Below the pieces are notes generated by a model. The model made no database searches, was not told the DNA's origin, and worked only from the letters and a program-made list of their open reading frames with translations. Below, piece after piece: positions 45,558-56,651 of a stretch of DNA of 64,000 bases. Numbering within the stretch: position 1 is the first letter of the stretch; each line of letters begins with the position of its first letter. Both the position numbers and the translations under genes were made by a program. This stretch comes from Hyphomicrobiales bacterium (GTDB taxonomy: Bacteria; Pseudomonadota; Alphaproteobacteria; Rhizobiales; OSC116), in assembly GCA_013214705.1 (NCBI GenBank), contig JABSRZ010000007.1:3951-67950 (forward strand). The letters are read 5' to 3'.

Positions 45558-46055
45558 TTAACGTTTTGAGAACTGGAAGCTACGACGGGCTTTAGCACGA
45601 CCATATTTTTTACGTTCTACAACACGCGCGTCACGTGTTAGGAAGCCAGCTTTTTTAAGTGCAGGGCGTAAGCCCGTTTCAAAGCGGGTTAGCGCCAATG
45701 ATACACCATGGCGAATTGCGCCGGCTTGGCCAGAAAGGCCACCACCTTTAACAGTACAAACAACATCATAAGCGCCTACACGTTCGGCGACTTCAAAAGC
45801 TTGGGCAATGATAAGACGCAACACTGGGCGAGCCAGATATGTTTCTATATCGCGGCCATTTATGGTGATTTTGCCTGAACCAGGTTTAATCCACACACGG
45901 GCAACCGCATCTTTACGTTTACCAGTTGCATAGGCACGGCCTTGAGCGTCTAATTTTTGCTCATATTTAGGGCCAGTGTTTTCTGGCGCAGCCACGTCTT
46001 GTGCAATGGCAGCATCGGCAACTACGTCTTTAAGATCTTCAAGAGTTTTAGACAT
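45558..46055 (-). CDS. rpsI: 30S ribosomal protein S9
   Basis: The C-terminal [24 protein letters not shown] and the overall sequence are unmistakable. Confidence 0.95.
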   Translation of the reverse strand: MSKTLEDLKDVVADAAIAQDVAAPENTGPKYEQKLDAQGRAYATGKRKDAVARVWIKPGSGKITINGRDIETYLARPVLRLIIAQAFEVAERVGAYDVVCTVKGGGLSGQAGAIRHGVSLALTRFETGLRPALKKAGFLTRDARVVERKKYGRAKARRSFQFSKR

Positions 46056-46522
46056 TATTTACGATCCTTTACATTTTTAGGATTCATTGCAGCTACGTCT
46101 AGTACCACTGGTTGTTGAGCTTCTTGCTCATGTTTCGGGCCAGCATATAGATATAGGTTTTTAAGTTGTTTGCGGCTCAGAGGGCCACCAGGTAACATGC
46201 GTTTAACCGCAGCTTCCAAAACACGTGTTGGGAAACGACCATCAAGAAGGTCCTCAGCTGTACGTGATTTAATACCGCCGGGATGACCTGTATGCCAGTA
46301 ATAAGTTTTGTCTTCGCGTTTTTTGCCAGTAAGATGCACCTTATCAGCATTGACGACGACGATGTTATCGCCTGTATCCATATGCGGAGTGAAAGTAGGT
46401 AAATGCTTGCCACGTAGACGAAAAGCAATGATGCTTGCTAAACGACCAAGTACAAGGTCTTCGGCATCGATAAGAATCCATTTCTTATCGATATCTGAAG
46501 GCGTTGCTGAAAATGTTTTCAT
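46055..46522 (-). CDS. rplM: 50S ribosomal protein L13
   Basis: [20 protein letters not shown]...LGRLAS...RGKH parallels E. coli L13. I chose ATG at 46522; the ORF track starts 2 codons earlier at a GTG. Confidence 0.95.
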   Translation of the reverse strand: MKTFSATPSDIDKKWILIDAEDLVLGRLASIIAFRLRGKHLPTFTPHMDTGDNIVVVNADKVHLTGKKREDKTYYWHTGHPGGIKSRTAEDLLDGRFPTRVLEAAVKRMLPGGPLSRKQLKNLYLYAGPKHEQEAQQPVVLDVAAMNPKNVKDRK

Positions 46523-46670
46523 TGTCACAATTCCGTTGTTCTATTCGATTAAAGATGTTGTGGTTATATATCAATATCAAGTGATGTCAAATATTTAATT
46601 ACAGAAAATACAAGCAAAAACAACGGCTTAATAATTAGGTACTATAATACCCTATTTTTTACAAGCTATT

Positions 46671-49600
46671 TTAGTTTATTTGGCCAGCCTTGGGCAATAA
46701 TGCCAATAATTTTTCAATAAACGCAGCGCAAGTGTTTAGCCTGTCTAACTCATGCGGCATGCCCTCTGCGACAAATATACGCTGATCGTTGCGTAATTTT
46801 ATGCGGCCACGGCTGTGTTGTATCATATCCATCAAGCCTGAAGGGTTGGCAAAATTATTTTTACGAAACCTAATGGTAAGCCCTTTGGGGCCGGCATCAA
46901 CTTTGTCGATATTGGCCAAACGACAATTGAGTTTAATTTTCATAATTTTTAGCAAATACACCACTTCGGTGGGTTTTTTACCAAATCTATCTGTTAGCTC
47001 GACTGAAAAATCATCAATGGCCTTTTTGCTATCAAAACCCGACAAGCGCCGATATAGGCCTAGACGCAAATCTAAATCTGATACATAGTTTTCGGGTATC
47101 AATACCGGCACGCCAATGTTGATTTCACTGGTCCATTTTTCATCTATCTCGACATTTAAATCGCCCGATTTCAAGCTGGCAATTGCCTCTTCTAACATGT
47201 CTTGATATAGTTCAAAGCCGACTTCTTTAACATGACCTGATTGTTCATCACCCAATAAATTGCCAGCGCCGCGTATATCCAAATCATGGCTAGCGAGGCT
47301 GAAGCCCGCGCCCAGACTATCGAGTGATTGCAATACATTTAGGCGTTTTTGCGCATTATCGGATATTTTACCATGCACGGGCAGAGTGAATAACGCATAG
47401 GCGCGGGTTTTGCTACGCCCGACACGGCCACGCAATTGGTATAATTGTGCCAAGCCAAACATGTCCGAGCGATGAATGATGAGCGTATTGGCCGTGGGAA
47501 TATCAATACCACTTTCTATAATGGTGGTGGCAAGCAATAGGTCATATTTGCCGTCATAAAAGGCATTCATAACATTGTCTAAGGCTGATGGCGTCATTTG
47601 CCCATGAGCGATGACAAATTTAAGTTCTGGCACAAATTCACGCAGGAATTCGGCACGTTCTTCTAAGTCTGAAACCCGCGGGCAAACATAAAAACTCTGG
47701 CCGCCTCGGTAATGCTCGCGCAACAAAGTTTCGCGAATGATGACCGGGTCTAATGGCGAAATAAAAGTGCGAATGGCCAAACGGTCCACTGGCGGTGTGG
47801 CGATGATTGAAAGTTCACGCACACCGGTCATGGCCAATTGCATAGTGCGCGGTATCGGTGTGGCGGTGAGGGTTAAAACATGGATGTCAGATTGCAGCTC
47901 TTTTAGCTGCTCTTTATGCACCACGCCAAAATGCTGCTCTTCATCTATTATCAGCAAACCAAGCTTATGAAATTTGACTGATTTGGCCAACAAGGCATGC
48001 GTGCCGATGACGATATCCACCTCGCCTGCTGCCATGGCCTGTTTGGTTAAGCTCAAATTTTTCTGCCCGACCAGACGCGATGCCTGATCTATGCGTATTG
48101 GCAAATTGGCAAATCTATCGGTAAAGGTCTTATAATGCTGGCGTGCCAACAATGTTGTTGGCACCACCAACGCGACTTGCATGCCGGATAATACGGCCAA
48201 AAATGCAGCCCGCAGTGCCACTTCGGTTTTGCCAAAGCCAACATCGCCACATATCAACCTATCCATAGGTTTGCCCGACTGCATGTCGGCAACGATATCT
48301 TCTATCGCGCTTAACTGATCTTCGGTTTCGTTAAACCCAAATCTGGCAACAAATTCTTGATATAAGTGATCTGGGTCATTGATAATTTTGCCTTTTTTAA
48401 GCATCCGCTCGGCGGCGACTTTTATGAGCTTATTGGCAATGTCTTTTATGCGTTCTTTTAGTTTGGCTTTGCGCGCTTGCCAGCCCGAACCGCCTAATTT
48501 ATCTAAATGTGCGCCAATTTCTTCGCTGCCATACCGGCTTAATAATTCTATATTTTCAACCGGTAAATATAACCGATCGCCACCAGCATATTGCAGCTCT
48601 AAACAATCGTGCGGGTTGCCAGATACATCGATGGTTTTAAGGCCGGTAAATTGACCAATGCCATGTTCGATATGCACCACATAATCGTTTAAAGTCAGCG
48701 AAGAAGCTTCGGATATAAAATCGGCGGCGCGTTTTTTCTTATGGGCATTTTTTAATATGTCGCCCAATATATCTTGTTCGGCAATATAATTATAATTGTC
48801 AACATCAAAACCAGACGCAATAGGTATGTGGGTAAAGGCCACTGCGCCCTGCCCTAGCTTTTGGAATTGCTCAAAATTGTCAATATGGGTGGTATTTTTA
48901 AGTCCGTGGTCTATCAGCAAATCGGCCAAGCGTTCCGCACTGCCTATCGATTGGCAACAGATTAAAATCTTTTGTCCTCGGCTCTGCAATCCAGATAAAA
49001 AACTGCACACGATGTCATATATATTTTTATCTCGCTCTAGCCGCTCAGCGCTAAATTTGCGGCCAATCTTACCTTTAAAATCAATTAGATTTACGCCATC
49101 GCGCGCGCTTGGCAGGTTAAAGCTATTTAAGTCTATGGTTTGTGTTTGGGCAAATAGTTCGGCTAAAGCGGCTTTAGATAAATATAAATCATCGGATTTA
49201 ACGGGTTTATATAGCGGTGCGCCCATGCCCTGCTGCTGCATTGCGTCTATTCTGGCATTGTAATAATCGGTAATCTGCGCCGCGCGGGCATCTATCGTTT
49301 GGTCGATTTGATGGTCGTTTAAGATGGTTGGGTTTTGACAATAATCGAGTAAGGTGTCCAAATTATCGTGGAAATAAGGCATCCAATGTTCCATGCCAAC
49401 TGCACCGCGGCCAGAGGAGATGGATTCGTATAATAAATCTTCCGATTTAACCGCGCCAAACGCAGCCACATAACGGTTTCTAAATGTGCTTATGGATTTT
49501 TCGTTTAAGGTCAGTTCACCGGCTGGCAAAATGGTGATGCCCTTAAGTTTGGCTTGGCTGCGCTGGGTTAAAGGGTCGAAACTTTTAATGCTTTCTAAGG

Positions 49601-50210
49601 TGTCGCCAAAAAAATCTAACCGCGCGGGAATGGTCATATTGCCGGAAAATACATCGACTATCGAGCCTCTTATGGCAAATTCACCTTTTTCATGTACAGT
49701 GGCGACTTTATGGAAGCCATTGCGAATAAAATAAGCCGCAAAATCGGTTAAATTTACCCGGTTACCCAATTTTAAGGTCAAAAAGGCACGGTTGAAATAA
49801 GATTGCGGCGCGGTGCGCATCATCATGGCATTTATACTGGTCAATATAATGCGCGAAGTGGCGGGTTTATTGGCCTTAATAGCTTTGTTGCGGTTGGCCA
49901 AAATGGCAAAGGCTTTTAACCGTTCACCGACTATATTATAGGATGGCGAAACGCGGTCATAAGGCAAGCAATCCCACGCCGGGATGATGATTGGCTTGAT
50001 GGCTGGCAAGTAGAATTTTAGGCTTTCGGCCATCGCGCTGAGGCGTGGTTCATCTCGGGCAACAAAAACCAGATCTTGGGCTTTGCCATTAGTCTTGCCA
50101 CTGGTTTGAACCAGTTTCTGCCAAATCTGCGCCAATAGCAACGCATCAGCGCCTTCTGGCACAGACGTGATGACATTATGGTCTGATAAATTTATAGTTT
50201 CGCCGAACAT
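46671..50210 (-). CDS. mfd: Transcription-repair coupling factor Mfd
   Basis: 1179 aa. UvrB-homology N-terminus, RNAP-interaction domain, SF2 helicase motifs (GDVGFGKTEVA, DEEQHFG), TRG motif and C-terminal domain. Confidence 0.95.
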   Translation of the reverse strand: MFGETINLSDHNVITSVPEGADALLLAQIWQKLVQTSGKTNGKAQDLVFVARDEPRLSAMAESLKFYLPAIKPIIIPAWDCLPYDRVSPSYNIVGERLKAFAILANRNKAIKANKPATSRIILTSINAMMMRTAPQSYFNRAFLTLKLGNRVNLTDFAAYFIRNGFHKVATVHEKGEFAIRGSIVDVFSGNMTIPARLDFFGDTLESIKSFDPLTQRSQAKLKGITILPAGELTLNEKSISTFRNRYVAAFGAVKSEDLLYESISSGRGAVGMEHWMPYFHDNLDTLLDYCQNPTILNDHQIDQTIDARAAQITDYYNARIDAMQQQGMGAPLYKPVKSDDLYLSKAALAELFAQTQTIDLNSFNLPSARDGVNLIDFKGKIGRKFSAERLERDKNIYDIVCSFLSGLQSRGQKILICCQSIGSAERLADLLIDHGLKNTTHIDNFEQFQKLGQGAVAFTHIPIASGFDVDNYNYIAEQDILGDILKNAHKKKRAADFISEASSLTLNDYVVHIEHGIGQFTGLKTIDVSGNPHDCLELQYAGGDRLYLPVENIELLSRYGSEEIGAHLDKLGGSGWQARKAKLKERIKDIANKLIKVAAERMLKKGKIINDPDHLYQEFVARFGFNETEDQLSAIEDIVADMQSGKPMDRLICGDVGFGKTEVALRAAFLAVLSGMQVALVVPTTLLARQHYKTFTDRFANLPIRIDQASRLVGQKNLSLTKQAMAAGEVDIVIGTHALLAKSVKFHKLGLLIIDEEQHFGVVHKEQLKELQSDIHVLTLTATPIPRTMQLAMTGVRELSIIATPPVDRLAIRTFISPLDPVIIRETLLREHYRGGQSFYVCPRVSDLEERAEFLREFVPELKFVIAHGQMTPSALDNVMNAFYDGKYDLLLATTIIESGIDIPTANTLIIHRSDMFGLAQLYQLRGRVGRSKTRAYALFTLPVHGKISDNAQKRLNVLQSLDSLGAGFSLASHDLDIRGAGNLLGDEQSGHVKEVGFELYQDMLEEAIASLKSGDLNVEIDEKWTSEINIGVPVLIPENYVSDLDLRLGLYRRLSGFDSKKAIDDFSVELTDRFGKKPTEVVYLLKIMKIKLNCRLANIDKVDAGPKGLTIRFRKNNFANPSGLMDMIQHSRGRIKLRNDQRIFVAEGMPHELDRLNTCAAFIEKLLALLPKAGQIN

Positions 50211-50492
50211 TTATAAATTCTTACCATATTTATCTGGGGTGAAAGTTTGGGCTTTAATGCGCTCGAATACCGTACCCGCCAGCGCCGCTGGCACGGGTTC
50301 TTTGCCGTTAAAATAATTCAGCAAATCATTATCTTCGCTGTCTATCAGGCGCTCAAATTGGGTCAGTTCTTCAGCTTGCAAATCTTGTAATTCAGTTTGG
50401 GCAAATGTACCCATTAATAAATCTAGCTCTTTCATGCCACGATGCCAAGCTCTGAACATAAGTTTTTTCTTATAATTTTCAATATCTTGCAT
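50211..50492 (-). CDS. sdhE: Succinate dehydrogenase assembly factor 2 (SdhE/DUF339)
   Basis: 93 aa. The RAWHRGMKELDLLMG region contains the conserved RGxxE motif. It is directly upstream of mfd, as in many Alphaproteobacteria. Confidence 0.8.
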   Translation of the reverse strand: MQDIENYKKKLMFRAWHRGMKELDLLMGTFAQTELQDLQAEELTQFERLIDSEDNDLLNYFNGKEPVPAALAGTVFERIKAQTFTPDKYGKNL

Positions 50493-50623
50493 AAGTTTGA
50501 CTCGTAAATTCAGATTATTTATAATGAAGTTTATAAGCTTTCTTATTTGTTATGTCCACAATAAATGTTGATTGATGTTCACCTTTTGTCTATAACCTAT
50601 TTAAGTGTAAAGGTGATGGGTCT

Positions 50624-52735
50624 ATGCGACCAGATATACTAAATTATTTTTTTAAAGCCATAACTTCGTTAAAAGGTGTGGGGCCTAAAGTGGCGCAAAA
50701 TATCACCCGTTTGGTGGGGCGGCATGTCGAGCCCGCGCAAATAGCCCGTTATGTAGATTTGCTGTTTCATTTGCCTATGGGCTATAAAGACCGCCGCAAC
50801 CGGCCAAAAGTCGAACAGCTAGAAGCCGAACAATATGCCACATTGAAATTGCAAATCGGCAAGCATATCGTGCCACCTAGGCATAATAAACGCATTCCCT
50901 ACCGGATAAATTGTTATGATGACACTGGCGAAATTACACTGAGCTTTTTTCGGGCGCGGGGCGATTATTTAAAAACCACATTGCCCGAAGGTGAGTTGCG
51001 TTATATTGGCGGCAAAATAGAAGAATATAATGGCAATTTGCAAATTAACCACCCCGATTTTATCGCCACCGAAGATGAGATGAAAACACTGCCAGTGTTT
51101 GAACCAATATACCCGATGACCGCAGGGTTAGCGCCCAAAACCTTACGCAAAACCATTGCTCAATTGGTTCAAGAGCTACCTAAACTGCCGGAATGGTTGG
51201 ACAAACCGTTGATTGACCGCGAAAAATGGCCAACATTTAATGCGTCAATATCGGGCTTACATTTGGCCGATAAACCAGAGATAATTGACGGCAATAGCCC
51301 ACATAGGCAACGCATCGCGTTTGATGAAATATTTGCCAATCAGCTTGTGCTCGCCCTCACCCGCAAGCATGTGGTCGCGGTTAACGGCAATGCAATTAAC
51401 GGCACGGCAAAATTAGTTAACCAACTTGTAGATTTATTGCCCTATACCCTGACCAATGCGCAGCAAGACTCATTTGCCGAGATAAAAACCGATATGGCAG
51501 CCGTGCAGCGCATGGTGCGGTTGTTGCAGGGCGATGTCGGCAGTGGCAAAACCGTTGTGGCATTGATGGCAATGCTCACCGCTGTTGAGGCGGGTTATCA
51601 GGCGGCCATTATGGCACCTACCGAAATACTAGCCCGCCAACATGGCGAGTTTATGCAGCCTTTATGCGCCAGAATGGGTATAGAGGTCGAAATTTTAACC
51701 GGCCGTAACAAAGGTAAAAACCGGGCTGAGATTTTGCAACGGTTGGCCAGTGGGCAAATTGACATCCTCATCGGTACCCATGCTTTGTTTCAGGCGGATA
51801 TTGTGTTTGATAAGTTGGGCTTGGCCATTATTGACGAGCAGCATAGGTTTGGTGTGCATCAGCGTCTGGCGCTGCAAAATAAAGGCCTAAAAACCGATTT
51901 GCTGGTGATGACCGCGACGCCAATACCCCGCACTTTGGTATTAACCAATTATGGTGATATGAGTGTGTCAAAATTGACCGAAAAACCGGCAGGCCGCAAA
52001 CCGATAAAGACGGTTGCCATGCCGCTCGAAAAACTCGGCGACATATTGCTTGCAGCCGCGCGGGCGATAGACACTGGCCAGCGCATATATTGGATTTGCC
52101 CTCTGGTGGAAGAAAGCGAGATTTTACCACTGAGCAATGTTGAAGATAGGTTTGCAATGTTAAATAACCAGCACCCTGGCAAAGTGGGTTTGGTGCATGG
52201 GCGAATGGCCGCCACAGAAAAAGACGAAGTGATGCAAAAATTTCAGACTGGTGAAATTAGCATATTGGTGGCGACAACTGTGGTTGAGGTGGGGGTTAAT
52301 GTGCCCGAGGCAACCATTATGATCATTGAACACGCCGAGCGGTTTGGCCTGTCGCAACTACATCAATTGCGGGGGCGTGTGGGGCGCAGCGATGCGCAAT
52401 CTAGCTGTATATTATTATATGGTGCGCCGCTGGGCGCGACTGCCAGCGAGCGGCTTAAAATTATGCGCCAAACTGAGGACGGGTTTTTAATATCCGAAAA
52501 AGATTTGGAACTAAGAGGTGGTGGTGATTTGTTGGGCGCGCAACAAAGTGGTGATATAAAAATGCGTTTGGCCGATGTGGAAAATCAGGCTGATCTGATA
52601 GAGATTGCGCATAAACAGGCGCGGTTAATCGTCGAAACCGACCCTAGACTGGAAAAAGATAAGCATAAGAACTTAAGAACTCTGCTATATTTATTCGATA
52701 GAGATCAGGCGATAAAATTACTTAGCGCCGGCTGA
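50624..52735 (+). CDS. recG: ATP-dependent DNA helicase RecG
   Basis: 703 aa. Wedge domain plus SF2 helicase motifs (GDVGSGKTVVA, DEQHRFG, QLHQLRGRVGR). Confidence 0.95.
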   Translation: MRPDILNYFFKAITSLKGVGPKVAQNITRLVGRHVEPAQIARYVDLLFHLPMGYKDRRNRPKVEQLEAEQYATLKLQIGKHIVPPRHNKRIPYRINCYDDTGEITLSFFRARGDYLKTTLPEGELRYIGGKIEEYNGNLQINHPDFIATEDEMKTLPVFEPIYPMTAGLAPKTLRKTIAQLVQELPKLPEWLDKPLIDREKWPTFNASISGLHLADKPEIIDGNSPHRQRIAFDEIFANQLVLALTRKHVVAVNGNAINGTAKLVNQLVDLLPYTLTNAQQDSFAEIKTDMAAVQRMVRLLQGDVGSGKTVVALMAMLTAVEAGYQAAIMAPTEILARQHGEFMQPLCARMGIEVEILTGRNKGKNRAEILQRLASGQIDILIGTHALFQADIVFDKLGLAIIDEQHRFGVHQRLALQNKGLKTDLLVMTATPIPRTLVLTNYGDMSVSKLTEKPAGRKPIKTVAMPLEKLGDILLAAARAIDTGQRIYWICPLVEESEILPLSNVEDRFAMLNNQHPGKVGLVHGRMAATEKDEVMQKFQTGEISILVATTVVEVGVNVPEATIMIIEHAERFGLSQLHQLRGRVGRSDAQSSCILLYGAPLGATASERLKIMRQTEDGFLISEKDLELRGGGDLLGAQQSGDIKMRLADVENQADLIEIAHKQARLIVETDPRLEKDKHKNLRTLLYLFDRDQAIKLLSAG

Positions 52736-53389
52736 ATCGTCATCTTTGACCGGCAATTTTTCGGGGTTTACCAGACCGGCCGAAATAACCAATTTTGCGC
52801 CATCTTCGACAGACATATCCAAAAACTTCACATCTTTTTTTGGCACGAACAGCAAAAATCCACTGGTCGGGTTTGGCGTGGTGGGTAAAAATACACTGAC
52901 CATATCTTCATCAAAATTGCTACCCACTTCGCCTTTGGTTTCGGTGGCAACAAAAGCGATGGCAAAAATGCCCCGGCGCGGATATTCGACAATAACCACT
53001 TGTTTGAAATTTTTCTCGCCTTGGCTGACCACGGTTTCAAATATCTGCTTTAGGGCTTTATACATGGTGCGCACAACCGGCATTTTCTCTAACCATCCCG
53101 TGCCTAAATTAACAATATAGCGACCGACAAAATTGGCGGTTACAGCGCCTAACAGCACCAGAGCTACGAAAGCAATTATCAACCCAATGCCGGGGATGGA
53201 GAATTGCAAATAGGTTTCAGGCAAATATGATTTAGGTATAAATGGCAGCACCCAAGCGTCTACCAAATCCACCACCCAAAGGGTCGCATAAATGGTGATA
53301 GCGATTGGCGCTGCAATGACCAGACCGGTTAAAAAATAGGTGCGAATACGGCCAAAAATACTGATTTTTTTAAGGGAGTCTTTGGTCAT
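52718..53389 (-). CDS. DUF502 family membrane protein
   Basis: 223 aa. Two N-terminal TM helices, then a conserved region (MPVVRTMYKALKQIFETV...VEYPRRGIFAIAFV). It converges on recG with an 18-nt overlap. Confidence 0.75.
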   Translation of the reverse strand: MTKDSLKKISIFGRIRTYFLTGLVIAAPIAITIYATLWVVDLVDAWVLPFIPKSYLPETYLQFSIPGIGLIIAFVALVLLGAVTANFVGRYIVNLGTGWLEKMPVVRTMYKALKQIFETVVSQGEKNFKQVVIVEYPRRGIFAIAFVATETKGEVGSNFDEDMVSVFLPTTPNPTSGFLLFVPKKDVKFLDMSVEDGAKLVISAGLVNPEKLPVKDDDSAGAK

Positions 53390-53463
53390 ATTCTATGCCT
53401 AATGAATTGCAGGTTGTTTATCAAATAGAGGCTAATGGATGACATTGCAAGCCTCTAGAAGTT

Positions 53464-54720
53464 TTATTTAAATTGCCGCACGAAACAGTCGCTTTTTTGC
53501 GCCTTAATTAATTTACACAGCGAATCGGCTTGTTTGAAGGATTGAAAATCAGCAATTAGCAGCTGATATTTTAAACCACCATTTTGGGTTTTAAACTCAC
53601 GAATGATGGGTAATTTGTTGCCCAACAATAATTTATGTTTTTCAACCATGTTTATATAATATAATTCGGCAGTTTTGCGACTAATATTGCTGGATAATTG
53701 GATAAAATAACCGACAAATTTTGGCTGTAACAAACTGTCTAAGCGTAAATTATTGTTTGCCGCCTCGATGATAAATGGCGTGTCAGATATTTGTTGATTG
53801 GTATTTTTCATTTCCATTTGGTCAGTATGTAAACCATCCACATTCACAGAATTTTCACCATCTATGGATAAATCTGTATTGTCTGAGCTAAGCGTTAGTT
53901 TAAAGCTGGTTTGCGCCGCATCGCCATCTTCAGATCTAGCCTTAGCGGCTTTTTCGAGCAGTAGATTAAATATTTCGTTGGCGGTTAATGGCTGTGTTGG
54001 TTGGCCATCGGCGCGTATATTGGAGTTTTGCTTTAACACCCCACGCTGGGCTTGGTCATTGTTATTAATGGTCGCCAACAGGCTTATGGCGGGTTCGAAA
54101 TTTTGGTTGAAATTTAAACTCTTAATCAACTCTTGTTTGGCTGGTTCGAATAGGTTTTGTTGATAATAAACCGAGGCTTTGCCAAAATATGCCAGAAAAC
54201 GGTTGCTCGCCATGCCTTCTAAGGCTTGATCATATTCGAATAACGCTTGTTTATAATCTAAAATACCTAAATAGGAATTGGCTAAATAATAATGCAACTC
54301 TGAATTGCCAGATAGAATAGTCAATGCCTGCTCAAAATCGGCTGCTGCGCTGGCATATTTTTTTTGCGCATAAGCAAGTAAGCCACGGTTTTTATAGGCA
54401 GAGGCCTTCAATATCGGGCTTAAAGCCGCATTGTTTAAGGCTATGGTGAAAATTTCCTGCGCATTCTCATTGTCTTTTAAGCGCGCATATATGATGGCCT
54501 TAATCAGCTGCAGTTCGGCATTATTTGGTGGCAATAATCCTGATTTTTGAATTATTTGATTAATCGACACGATATAGTCTTGATTCATACTTTCATCTGC
54601 TGCGTAATTCTCGGCAAAATTACGCGCGTCTTGCAGGGTAACTTCGGCGAATGCAGACGCAAAATACACGCAGAAAATGGCGGCAAATGATAATTTCTTG
54701 GCTATAAATTTAGAATACAT
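53464..54720 (-). CDS. TPR-repeat protein with C-terminal SPOR domain
   Basis: Signal peptide and TPR-like repeats (AYKNRGLLAYAQKKYASAAADFEQAL, HYYLANSYLGILDYKQALFEYDQAL). C-terminal SPOR pattern (GYFIQLSSNISRKTAE...YQLLIADFQSFKQADSLCKLIKAQKSDCFV). Confidence 0.7.
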   Translation of the reverse strand: MYSKFIAKKLSFAAIFCVYFASAFAEVTLQDARNFAENYAADESMNQDYIVSINQIIQKSGLLPPNNAELQLIKAIIYARLKDNENAQEIFTIALNNAALSPILKASAYKNRGLLAYAQKKYASAAADFEQALTILSGNSELHYYLANSYLGILDYKQALFEYDQALEGMASNRFLAYFGKASVYYQQNLFEPAKQELIKSLNFNQNFEPAISLLATINNNDQAQRGVLKQNSNIRADGQPTQPLTANEIFNLLLEKAAKARSEDGDAAQTSFKLTLSSDNTDLSIDGENSVNVDGLHTDQMEMKNTNQQISDTPFIIEAANNNLRLDSLLQPKFVGYFIQLSSNISRKTAELYYINMVEKHKLLLGNKLPIIREFKTQNGGLKYQLLIADFQSFKQADSLCKLIKAQKSDCFVRQFK

Positions 54721-56547
54721 TTATTCCACTGTCACTGATTTTGCCAAATTGCGCGGTTGATCGACATCCGTGCCCATATGCACCGCGGTGTGATATGCCA
54801 GCAATTGCACCGGTATGGTGTAAACAAATGGCGATAAAAACGAGCTGCAATCGGGCAAGGCGATGGCTTTTAACCCAAGTTTACGAATTTCTGCGGCGCG
54901 GCTCTTAGAGGTGAAAACGGTAATGTCACCACCACGGGCGGCTATTTCTTCGATGTTTGAGCGGGTTTTTTCATAAACCTCATTATCTGGTGCGATGATG
55001 ATAAGCGGCATTTTTTCATCTATAAGCGCGATGGGCCCATGTTTTAACTCGCCCGCGGCATAACCTTCGGCATGTATATAGGTGATTTCTTTGAGCTTAA
55101 GCGCACCTTCCATGGCAATCGGGAAACTGGTATGGCGGCCTAAAAACAGCACATGCTCAACTTTCGAAATGTCATGTGCAAGTTTAATAATATCGGCTTC
55201 GATCGAAAAGCAATCATTTATCAGCCGCGGCAATTGCGTCAATTCTTTAGTCATGGCAGTGGCTTTTGCTGGGTCTATCCGTCCCAGAGATGTAGCTAGG
55301 CCAATTGATAAAGTGGCCAATACGCTAATTTGGCACATAAAGGCTTTGGTTGATGCTACACAAACTTCTGTGCCGGCAAAGGTGGGTAATATTATATCGG
55401 CCTCGCGCGCCATGGTCGAGGTTGGCACATTAACAATGGCCACGGTGACAGCACCTTGTTGTTTTGCCAAGCGAAGTGCCGCTAAAGTGTCTGCTGTTTC
55501 GCCGCTTTGCGAAACCACAATGAACAAGCATTTGCTATTAAGTGGTGGATTTCTATAACGATATTCAGATGCAACATCTATTTCGACACTTATTTTAACT
55601 GTGTTTTCTAGCCAGTATTTTGCCACCATTGCGGCGTAAAATGCGGTGCCACATGACACCATAACGATGCGTTCAAACTTGTTAATGTCTAATTTATCAT
55701 CAAGTTTAATGGTGTTAGATTTTAAGTCTATATAATGAGCCAGTGTGTGCTGCACCACATCGGGTTGTTCAAAAAACTCTTTGGCCATAAAATGCTTATG
55801 TTTGCCTTTGTCCATGGTCGCGGCTTGCAGCTCGACAATGTTGACATCTCGTTCAACGGACTGGCCGTTTTGGTCAAATATTTTGAAACTATCTTTGGTA
55901 GCAAAGACAAAATCGCCCTCATCTAGATAGACTATTTGCCGAGAAAAAGGCGATAAAGCGAGCGCGTCCGAACCAATGTAATGGCCTTCAACATCGCCAA
56001 TGCCAACCACTAACGGGCAGCCTTTGCGCGCACCGATTAGCAGATCATCTTGGCCTTTTATCATAATTGCCAAAGCAAAAGCGCCGGTCAGGCGGCCAAT
56101 GGCGGTCTGGATTGCGGTCTCGATATTAGATTCAACTTTTAACTGATTGCTTATTAAATGGCCGATAATTTCGGTGTCGGTGTCGCTTTTTATATCTGCC
56201 CCATTGGCCAATAATTCATCACGCAATTCGGCATAATTTTCGATAATGCCATTATGGACGATGATAACATTGTCGATGATATGTGGGTGGGCATTTGCCT
56301 CGGTTGGCGCGCCATGGGTTGCCCATCTGGTGTGGCCGATGCCTATGCCGCCATCTTTAACGCCATGGTCTTTAATCTTATGCTCCAGATTGGCCAACTT
56401 ACCTGCCGCTCGTTCGCGCCACACGGTGCCATTTTGCATAGTGGCGATGCCGGCGCTGTCATAACCTCTATATTCTAACAATTTTAACGACGCAATTAGG
56501 CCGCCCGCAACCGGTTTACCTGTTACAATACCGATGATTCCGCACAT
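54721..56547 (-). CDS. glmS: Glutamine--fructose-6-phosphate aminotransferase
   Basis: N-terminal MCGIIG Ntn-amidotransferase, tandem SIS domains, and the C-terminal KSVTVE. Confidence 0.95.
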   Translation of the reverse strand: MCGIIGIVTGKPVAGGLIASLKLLEYRGYDSAGIATMQNGTVWRERAAGKLANLEHKIKDHGVKDGGIGIGHTRWATHGAPTEANAHPHIIDNVIIVHNGIIENYAELRDELLANGADIKSDTDTEIIGHLISNQLKVESNIETAIQTAIGRLTGAFALAIMIKGQDDLLIGARKGCPLVVGIGDVEGHYIGSDALALSPFSRQIVYLDEGDFVFATKDSFKIFDQNGQSVERDVNIVELQAATMDKGKHKHFMAKEFFEQPDVVQHTLAHYIDLKSNTIKLDDKLDINKFERIVMVSCGTAFYAAMVAKYWLENTVKISVEIDVASEYRYRNPPLNSKCLFIVVSQSGETADTLAALRLAKQQGAVTVAIVNVPTSTMAREADIILPTFAGTEVCVASTKAFMCQISVLATLSIGLATSLGRIDPAKATAMTKELTQLPRLINDCFSIEADIIKLAHDISKVEHVLFLGRHTSFPIAMEGALKLKEITYIHAEGYAAGELKHGPIALIDEKMPLIIIAPDNEVYEKTRSNIEEIAARGGDITVFTSKSRAAEIRKLGLKAIALPDCSSFLSPFVYTIPVQLLAYHTAVHMGTDVDQPRNLAKSVTVE

Positions 56548-56651
56548 ATATTTTCCTTCGGTTTTATATTTTGCCCATAAACTCGATTATAATGGGAATG
56601 TTATCTTAACTAAATCATAATTTTGGGGGCAATATGTTCAAAAATAGGTGA

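Noticed and set aside
50577-50591. Near-LexA box GTTCaccttttGTCT upstream of recG.
   Set aside because: There is one mismatch in the second GTTC repeat, which is normally invariant. recG is not a usual SOS-regulon member. This is most likely chance.
56548-56651. Possible glmS ribozyme or other leader upstream of glmS.
   Set aside because: The glmS ribozyme is a Gram-positive element. The 104-bp glmU-glmS spacer shows none of its conserved core and no convincing structure.
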